A stretch of DNA of 45,295 nt from a virus (taxonomy: Duplodnaviria; Caudoviricetes): positions 1 to 45,295 of IMG/VR virus record IMGVR_UViG_3300035392_000082; one strand, written 5' to 3'. The notes below the pieces were generated by a model. That model made no database searches and was not told the origin of the DNA. It saw only the letters and a list, made by a program, of their open reading frames with translations. Below are positions 38,715-45,295 of this stretch, in pieces (positions within the stretch are counted from its first letter, which is position 1; each line of letters starts with the position of its first letter). The position numbers and the translations under genes were made by a program.

Positions 38715-39725
38715 TTAAAGAATAATCCCTACGTCTGTTTTATTGTCATTTTTATCTAAGATACTTTTTCGTGCATTTCGTGATTCAAAGACGTCATTGA
38801 CATCGGTTAGCATTTTATTCAAACGCGTAACATTGTCTAGAATGAAATCATCGCTAATACAAAAATGCATTGCATTGTCACCAATGACACGACTATTCTC
38901 AAGAGTTTTATCACCCCAAGATGCAGGCGGATAACCAACACATTGATATGCTGGTGTCTGACCAATACATGTTTCCATACCTGGCATAGCTAATGTAGCT
39001 ACCGATACTACCGTACCTACGCTATTTAATTCCTCTGTGGTAACGGCCATATTGATAGAAGCTAACCGTGGTTGACCGCCCGTGATACTGGTATAATTCA
39101 ACCAATTTTTCAAATCAGCTGTATCAAGTTCGTCATTCTGGCCAGAATACAAACCCATTAAAGATTGAATAAACTTCCTAGCCTGGCGATTAATTTCACC
39201 ACGAGGTTCTAGGCGAGTATTCTCTAGATAATGTAGAACCACAGATGAATCACGTTTTTCTGAAATTGATTCATATGACTTTAAAGTCTTGATGGTGTTT
39301 TCAATTTCAATACGCGTATCCGTACTACCAATCAAAACTACGATTACTTGATGCCCGCGAGCTTTTAGTTCAGATACCAGTACGCTTCCAATAATTCCTC
39401 CACTACCGCCACTAGCTGAATGTAGAATAATATTGATCGGTGTCGGTTTAAACTTCAGCAAAATTTCTTTTGTCTTCTTAGAGATGTCGTCGTAGTTCTG
39501 ACTACGTACTTTTCCTGAACCATCAATACCTTCAAATAGATACAAGTTTTCATCAGGAATTTGTTTATTCCTGAGATTACTCATACTAGTATCAACGTAG
39601 CATGGAATCACGCGTGCAAAACCAGGCAGATCAGTCACACCGATCTTAGAAAATTCTGCTAAAATATTGGTGCCTGCGCCTCCGCAAGCGATTACTTGAT
39701 TAGCGTTTTTAGAAATTGACGTCAT
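38715..39725 (-). CDS. phuZ: PhuZ phage tubulin
   Basis: CGGAGTNI, VDTS, DGSGKVR, SASGGSGG tubulin signature, ELDTADL, acidic/hydrophobic C-tail. Confidence 0.93.
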   Translation of the reverse strand: MTSISKNANQVIACGGAGTNILAEFSKIGVTDLPGFARVIPCYVDTSMSNLRNKQIPDENLYLFEGIDGSGKVRSQNYDDISKKTKEILLKFKPTPINIILHSASGGSGGIIGSVLVSELKARGHQVIVVLIGSTDTRIEIENTIKTLKSYESISEKRDSSVVLHYLENTRLEPRGEINRQARKFIQSLMGLYSGQNDELDTADLKNWLNYTSITGGQPRLASINMAVTTEELNSVGTVVSVATLAMPGMETCIGQTPAYQCVGYPPASWGDKTLENSRVIGDNAMHFCISDDFILDNVTRLNKMLTDVNDVFESRNARKSILDKNDNKTDVGIIL

Positions 39726-39734
39726 ATTAAAATC

Positions 39735-40151
39735 TCAAAAGTTTATGTAAAAAGAAACTAGCGGCTTTTTAAAGTCTACCGAAAAGACTTCCCTATACTC
39801 TTCAATATAATCCATAAATGCTTCATACGTATTAAAAGCATTATTGAATCTAAACCAAAGTTTTGAATAATAAAACCAATCTGTTTTAGTATCCACGGTG
39901 TCAGTAGAATCGATAATTTCAAAAATGGTAATTCTACATTTTAATTCTCCTTCAGTGTTTGAAAATTCACCCAAATAAACTATATTTTTATCGATATGTC
40001 CTTTTATAACATTTGCAATATCGTCTACAATTAAAGCATTGAACATTTTTTTAATGTCCGAATAATGTACTTTGTCCATTAAAAATCCAGTAGGCGTAAA
40101 TGCTGGAGGTTTATCTAATATAGTATCGCTAATTGTTGTACTGAGTTTCAT
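39735..40151 (-). CDS. Hypothetical early protein
   Basis: 138 aa, AAGGA RBS, just downstream of promoter. Confidence 0.6.
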   Translation of the reverse strand: MKLSTTISDTILDKPPAFTPTGFLMDKVHYSDIKKMFNALIVDDIANVIKGHIDKNIVYLGEFSNTEGELKCRITIFEIIDSTDTVDTKTDWFYYSKLWFRFNNAFNTYEAFMDYIEEYREVFSVDFKKPLVSFYINF

Positions 40152-40203
40152 ATTAAAAAATCCTTAAAAAGTAATACTATAGGTAGCTAAACCAAGACAT
40201 ATA

Positions 40204-40240
40204 CCAAATTAGTAATATGTGGTTTTATTAATCTAGAATC
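40204..40240 (-). promoter_or_regulatory. Repeated early-type promoter of the phuZ operon
   Basis: 37 nt identical to the chmA promoter. Confidence 0.78.
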
Positions 40241-40254
40241 AAAAAAGGAACAAA

Positions 40255-41088
40255 ATGTCAGCTATTAGTTATGCTCTTGATCAAGTTAAACATAGAATAC
40301 CTAAAGCAATTTTAGAAAAAACTTTTATTCAAAAGTATTATGATTATAGGTCTACACCAAATACAAATGTAGATGATCAAATATTAAATACAGTTATTCG
40401 TGCTAGGGTGTTAGTGGATTGTAATTTAGTAGGCGGTACAGAAATATTAATTCCATTAGAGCAATTACCATTTGATAAACCAAATGATTTCACTACAGTA
40501 ATTCATATTCCTAAATCTAGAACACAGGGTAGAAGCATTAACTCCGTATTGCATGTAGCATTTCTAAATCAAAGTTTAGTATCCTCATATGCGTCTACAA
40601 GTTCAGTAGGTGGTAATAACCAATACAATTCAGGAGAAAATTCTGCACTCATGGGTGCAGCTGTAGGGATGATGGCGGCATTAGATAAAATACCAATTAC
40701 TTCTACAGCTAATGTTCAGTTAATATCTGAAAATACTATCATGATAAAAGATGTGGTGAGCATTCCATCCAATGGATATTTAAGATGTATATTGGCTAAT
40801 GATGAAAACATGAATCACATTCAACCTAGAAGTTATCCGCAATTCGCAAAACTAGTAGAGCATGCAGTCAAAGCTTATATTTATAATGAATTAATTATTC
40901 AAATGGATGTAGCTGAACTACAAGGCGGCCAAACTTTAGGTATCTTCAAAACAGTAGTAGAAGCGTATTCTGAATCAGAACAAAACTACGAAGACTATCT
41001 AAAAGACGTATGGCAGGCAACTGCTTTCGCCAATGATTCTTCATTAATGCGCCGTCTAGTTAAGCTTACCCTAGGTGGCCATAGGTAA
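40255..41088 (+). CDS. Putative virion structural protein
   Basis: 277 aa at the start of a + strand operon; function inferred from context. Confidence 0.5.
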   Translation: MSAISYALDQVKHRIPKAILEKTFIQKYYDYRSTPNTNVDDQILNTVIRARVLVDCNLVGGTEILIPLEQLPFDKPNDFTTVIHIPKSRTQGRSINSVLHVAFLNQSLVSSYASTSSVGGNNQYNSGENSALMGAAVGMMAALDKIPITSTANVQLISENTIMIKDVVSIPSNGYLRCILANDENMNHIQPRSYPQFAKLVEHAVKAYIYNELIIQMDVAELQGGQTLGIFKTVVEAYSESEQNYEDYLKDVWQATAFANDSSLMRRLVKLTLGGHR

Positions 41089-41111
41089 TTTAATCAATAA
41101 TAGGAATAATC

Positions 41112-41825
41112 ATGCGTAATATTAGTTTACAATCAATTCAACAAAATCCATATTTAGATGAAATTATTCAAATTACATCTGGTAAAAATATGATTGCTGA
41201 TGGTCCACTTAGTCTTCAATATACAAAAGCATTAAATGAAATATATAAAAAAGACACCGATGATGAAACCGGTATCACATTAGAATCACAAGTAAATGAT
41301 GCAATAGTATCTAAGAGCCTATGGGTAGCAGCTACAGGTACCAGAAAAGAATTATCTGAACAAGGTCAAGAAGTTGGTATGCTTTATGGCGTCAAACAAT
41401 CAGAAGTAAATACATCTGATGTTGTTACTGTATCTGATGCAATAACCGGAATGACTCCAGAAGAAAAAGAAAACTCTGCCATAGTTATTGATACAGTATC
41501 ATTAGAAGATAATGATGAGATTGAAAAAAACTTTTGGGCGTTATCACAAGAACCAGATGCAATTAACACAAATCCATTTGCGGCCACATTAGAATCCTTA
41601 GCTAATGAAAATAGTATTGAGCTATTTAATAGTTTAGAAGCATACGTAAATTCTAATAAAATGGTCGATGGAAAATACCATGGGACTATTACTGGTAATA
41701 AAGTATCATTTAAAATTGGTAATAAAACCCATAAATTTACAAACGAAGAAGGTGTAAAAGGTAAAAGTGTTTCATGCACAGTAGTAGTTAAAAATAACGA
41801 TGTCTACCAAATTAATGTGGGTTAA
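41112..41825 (+). CDS. Putative head protein with candidate prohead-protease sites
   Basis: Acidic; repeated TLES/SLE motifs resembling phiKZ gp175 S/A/G-X-E sites. Confidence 0.45.
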   Translation: MRNISLQSIQQNPYLDEIIQITSGKNMIADGPLSLQYTKALNEIYKKDTDDETGITLESQVNDAIVSKSLWVAATGTRKELSEQGQEVGMLYGVKQSEVNTSDVVTVSDAITGMTPEEKENSAIVIDTVSLEDNDEIEKNFWALSQEPDAINTNPFAATLESLANENSIELFNSLEAYVNSNKMVDGKYHGTITGNKVSFKIGNKTHKFTNEEGVKGKSVSCTVVVKNNDVYQINVG

Positions 41826-41828
41826 CTC

Positions 41829-43055
41829 ATGGATTCAATTAAATCAATATTTGAAGAAGAATGCGCGCATATAAAGATAGATAAAATTCTACTCAAAAAA
41901 GTATCTGTAATGGAAGCTAGTTTTGTAAACAAGAAACAAGAACATATAGAATTTTTTGGTGGATCTTTAACTGGAGTTCAGACAGTTAGATTTACTGATG
42001 ACGATAGAGATAAATTATTCATAGATATTTTAGAAGTAGACGACCACATATTGGAGGATAGATTACATGCTCTCAAAGACATTGAAGCTAGTAGAATTAT
42101 TTCTAGTGATGTTTTTAATTTGTCTTGTATCTGGCTCATTCATGCTTTTGATAATAGCAAACTATTAGATGAAGAACAAAGAAATGAAGGAAAGCTAAGA
42201 GTATGTTTATACTTACAATATAAATTCTTAACATCAATTTTATTTAGATTTTTTAGATATCCAGCTGACCCAGAAGTAGCTGCAGCTACATATGCACAAC
42301 TAAGTTATAAATATGTATTAAAGCAACAAGGTAGTTGGGGTGGCGCTCTGAAATTTAGAGCTAATGAAGTTATAGCCATGCACTCTATATGGGCTACCAC
42401 AATTAAGAAGCTAGATGATGACTATAGAGTAGTGCAAATGTTGAACGATGTTCAGGGTAGAGTAAAAGATATGCTCAAGAATATCATGGCACTACACATG
42501 AAAGTATCTGAACAAGGTACTAGAATATCTAGTAATAAAGCATTAGTGGAAACTGATGGCGAAATTGTTTTAAAAGACAAAACAAAAAACATTGGAATTT
42601 ATACTAGATATATACGAAGCATAATTCCTGATAAGAATTCTTTTATTAGACAGGAATTAGTAGACGTAGTAGCAAATGCAATGTTGACTATGCCTCCAAA
42701 ACTATTAGTGCAAACATTAGAATGGTGCAGCACTAATTATCGACATTTAGATAATAATATTGTAGAAGAAGCCACAGATTTAATCATGGAATATTCTTTT
42801 GATTACTTATCAGAACATAAAGAATTACTTAGATCAAAAGGCGACTTAGTTACTTTTATTACTAAACTCAGAGGGTCGTATATGAGTTCTAGATCCACTG
42901 ATGAGAAGTTAATGAGAATTAGAGATTTAAGTGAGCAAATAGTAAATAATGCTACCAAAACTAAAAATGAATCGGTGATAGCTTCTGTAAGAACGGGATT
43001 TATGCTATACATAAATTTACGGGCATTTTGCCGATCTCATTACTCTAAGGAATAA
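41829..43055 (+). CDS. Conserved jumbo-phage protein (probably virion-associated)
   Basis: 408 aa, HIEFFGG.LTG and YAQLS.KY.LK..GSW motifs. Confidence 0.55.
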   Translation: MDSIKSIFEEECAHIKIDKILLKKVSVMEASFVNKKQEHIEFFGGSLTGVQTVRFTDDDRDKLFIDILEVDDHILEDRLHALKDIEASRIISSDVFNLSCIWLIHAFDNSKLLDEEQRNEGKLRVCLYLQYKFLTSILFRFFRYPADPEVAAATYAQLSYKYVLKQQGSWGGALKFRANEVIAMHSIWATTIKKLDDDYRVVQMLNDVQGRVKDMLKNIMALHMKVSEQGTRISSNKALVETDGEIVLKDKTKNIGIYTRYIRSIIPDKNSFIRQELVDVVANAMLTMPPKLLVQTLEWCSTNYRHLDNNIVEEATDLIMEYSFDYLSEHKELLRSKGDLVTFITKLRGSYMSSRSTDEKLMRIRDLSEQIVNNATKTKNESVIASVRTGFMLYINLRAFCRSHYSKE

Positions 43056-43057
43056 AT

Positions 43058-44926
43058 ATGCCAACCACTCTTTCTCCAAATTTAGGATTTCCAATTCCGG
43101 ATACTACATCTACAGGTGATCGTCAAGATGATTTAGTAGCAATTAAAGATGCTTTAATATTCTTAGATGGTTCTATTGGAAAGTACATTGAAGATAATAC
43201 AGATTCATCATCAGTACCAAAAATTACTGAAATATATTGTAGTGTTCACGATAGAATAGATTTAGATTTAAATCTACCAAAACAACTTACAGTAACAATA
43301 TATACAGAAAATGTTCCAGATAATTCATATTTACAATGGGTTCTATCTTCTTCAAATATGGATAAATTCCATCAATCCAGTGCTCAACCAATAGCATTTA
43401 CTATAGAGAATCAAGATAGTGTAATTATTGGTAATCAAGGTGGAATAAACATAACAGTTACTCATTTATCTAACAATGACCCAGTTTGTTTTTTTTGTGT
43501 AAAAGTTTGGGGTTCCGGTACTTATGAGGATAATACAGCATTTAGTTTGGGATTGGAAAGAGCTGAATTTGAGTTATATTATAATATTTTAACAGTAGCA
43601 CCTACTCCTACGCCTACTCCAACTCCTACGCCAAGCCCATCTAACACACCTATAATAACTAGTTTAATTTCAAATAATGCACCCAATACTAGTGGTACTG
43701 GTGGTGTATTAGTTACAATTGATGTACATACATTAAATATTCCAAATGGTACTGAATTAACTTGGGGTATAGCTGATACTAATTATGTTGGTCTAGTTAC
43801 TATTAATAATAATATTGGTGCATTTGATGTAATTGTTGATAGTAATTTTCATAATACATTTTTTAATTCAATAGCATTAGGTTATTTTGATCAAATAGTG
43901 TATTATTATGTAGGCGGTAATAGAGTATATAATTATATTGATGGCACTCTTATGTGTGATAAACGTATTAGGGTATATGTTGTACCGACTTCTACTCTAG
44001 AATTACCGCGATTTGTAGGCAATGTACTTTTTGATAAATCAAATTTAATTAGCTATAGTACTGGTCCTGGTTATACTGTATTTGATATAGCACCACCAGG
44101 CACAACAATAACTTTTACTATTAATACTAGTAATACTGTTGATGGTACAATTGTTAATTGGAATATACACGATATTACTCAAACAGGTAGTACATACTTT
44201 GATCTAATATCTGCATCTAATGTAGATAATGTTAGCGGTAATTGTACAATAATGAATAATACTGGAACGTTTACAATAAGCATATTAAATTCAAATGGAT
44301 TAGCTCAAAATATATTATTTTCTGTTGATGCAAATGCAAATAATGTTATTGAATGGGATCCTTTAGGACTAGAAGCTCATAGTGGCTTTATTTATATTAA
44401 AGAGAGTAATTACGATAATTCTAAACTAACACCAACTCCTACACCTACACCAACTCCTACACCAACTCCTACACCTACTCCATCTCCGACTCCAGAACCC
44501 ACACCATCTCCAACACCTACACCTACTCCATCTCCGACTCCAGAACCCACACCATCTCCAACACCTACACCGACTCCAGCTCCTACATCATACATTACTA
44601 ATATTGGTTTATCTGGTACGTATAATGCAGATACTGGTATGGTTGTTTTACCCGACCAATTATGGGTTAATGCAACTTGCCATAATATAAGTATTGATAC
44701 TGTAATATATATGTATGCGACATTTCCAAGCAGTACACAAGAATCCGATCCGCTTTTAAATGGTAATTTTACAGGCGCAGGTATGATGTCAGGCACTGGT
44801 AATGTAAATGTATACAATACAGCTACAATAAATATAGGTCAAGGAACAACTATTACTAAACCATATCAGTGGGCTATAGCAGGTAATCCATCTAAAGGGA
44901 TACCTTGGTATTCTAAAGCTATCTAA
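43058..44926 (+). CDS. Putative virion fibre/decoration protein with Ig-like modules and Pro-Thr linkers
   Basis: Repeated T.N.P.G/T.L.W beta modules separated by (PT)n tracts. Confidence 0.6.
   Translation: MPTTLSPNLGFPIPDTTSTGDRQDDLVAIKDALIFLDGSIGKYIEDNTDSSSVPKITEIYCSVHDRIDLDLNLPKQLTVTIYTENVPDNSYLQWVLSSSNMDKFHQSSAQPIAFTIENQDSVIIGNQGGINITVTHLSNNDPVCFFCVKVWGSGTYEDNTAFSLGLERAEFELYYNILTVAPTPTPTPTPTPSPSNTPIITSLISNNAPNTSGTGGVLVTIDVHTLNIPNGTELTWGIADTNYVGLVTINNNIGAFDVIVDSNFHNTFFNSIALGYFDQIVYYYVGGNRVYNYIDGTLMCDKRIRVYVVPTSTLELPRFVGNVLFDKSNLISYSTGPGYTVFDIAPPGTTITFTINTSNTVDGTIVNWNIHDITQTGSTYFDLISASNVDNVSGNCTIMNNTGTFTISILNSNGLAQNILFSVDANANNVIEWDPLGLEAHSGFIYIKESNYDNSKLTPTPTPTPTPTPTPTPTPSPTPEPTPSPTPTPTPSPTPEPTPSPTPTPTPAPTSYITNIGLSGTYNADTGMVVLPDQLWVNATCHNISIDTVIYMYATFPSSTQESDPLLNGNFTGAGMMSGTGNVNVYNTATINIGQGTTITKPYQWAIAGNPSKGIPWYSKAI
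44428..44587 (+). repeat. Pro-Thr/Pro-Ser tandem repeat including a 48-nt duplication
   Basis: (TP)n; actccatctccgactccagaacccacacc... recurs at 44477 and 44525. A shorter tract is at about 43601-43640. Confidence 0.9.
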
Positions 44927-44954
44927 TACACAATTTTATTTATAATTCTAAAAT

Positions 44955-44990
44955 CATAATACCCACTACTAAAACGTAGTGGGTATTATG
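44955..44990. terminator. Hairpin between convergent genes
   Basis: cataatacccactac / gtagtgggtattatg. Confidence 0.75.
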
Positions 44991-44994
44991 CTAT

Positions 44995-45294
44995 CTACCA
45001 ATATTTCTTACCAGCTAATGGTTCACTGCTTAATCCATTTACATTGATGCCATTATCGTATCTGTATCCTATTTTTTCATAATAATTTTGTCCGCTACCT
45101 TTTATATTATTGTGTCTTTTTTTCTTAGATTCCCTAGCCTCGTTAATAATTGCATCTACAGAATAATATTCTCCATCTGCTAAGACTATCTTTGAATCTA
45201 AATGTCTTAATTCTCTTTCAATTTTTTCAGATATAAATTCATCTGTTTCATTCGATAGATTATTGTATAATTCTTCAATCCTTTTTCGTATACT
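44995..45294 (-). CDS. C-terminal end of a gene entering from the right edge (identity uncertain; possibly large terminase tail)
   Basis: Open frame ...IRKRIEELYNNLSNETDEFISEKIERELRHL...EPLAGKKYW*. The product guess is weak. Confidence 0.45.
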   Translation of the reverse strand, partial: SIRKRIEELYNNLSNETDEFISEKIERELRHLDSKIVLADGEYYSVDAIINEARESKKKRHNNIKGSGQNYYEKIGYRYDNGINVNGLSSEPLAGKKYW

Positions 45295-45295
45295 A

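Noticed and set aside
44410-44817. Gly-Val repeat ORF
   Set aside because: Antisense shadow of the Pro-Thr repeat.

Overview
AT-rich segment of a nucleus-forming, phiKZ-like jumbo phage (Chimalliviridae). Most of the conserved core block is on the minus strand in phiKZ gene order: PhuZ tubulin, a family-B DNA polymerase fragment, chimallin (ChmA), non-virion RNA polymerase (nvRNAP) subunits (gp55, gp68, gp71-73 and gp74 equivalents), an SbcD/Mre11-like nuclease, probable ChmC and PicA/Imp1, and an SF2 helicase. Virion/adhesin genes flank the block. phiKZ gp assignments rest on motifs plus synteny recalled from the literature, not on a database search. Features the ORF track misses: (1) the beta'-like nvRNAP gene carries three group I introns, and its catalytic NADFDGD motif is split across three exons, the middle one a 12-nt micro-exon (DFDG); (2) a fourth group I intron in the beta-like subunit shares a near-identical ribozyme core with one of those introns; (3) a probable -1 frameshift (T TTT TTT) makes a G/GT-like tail chaperone fusion; (4) a repeated early-type promoter precedes, among other genes, an unannotated 27-aa ORF; (5) a >812-aa fibronectin-III-repeat adhesin runs off the left edge.
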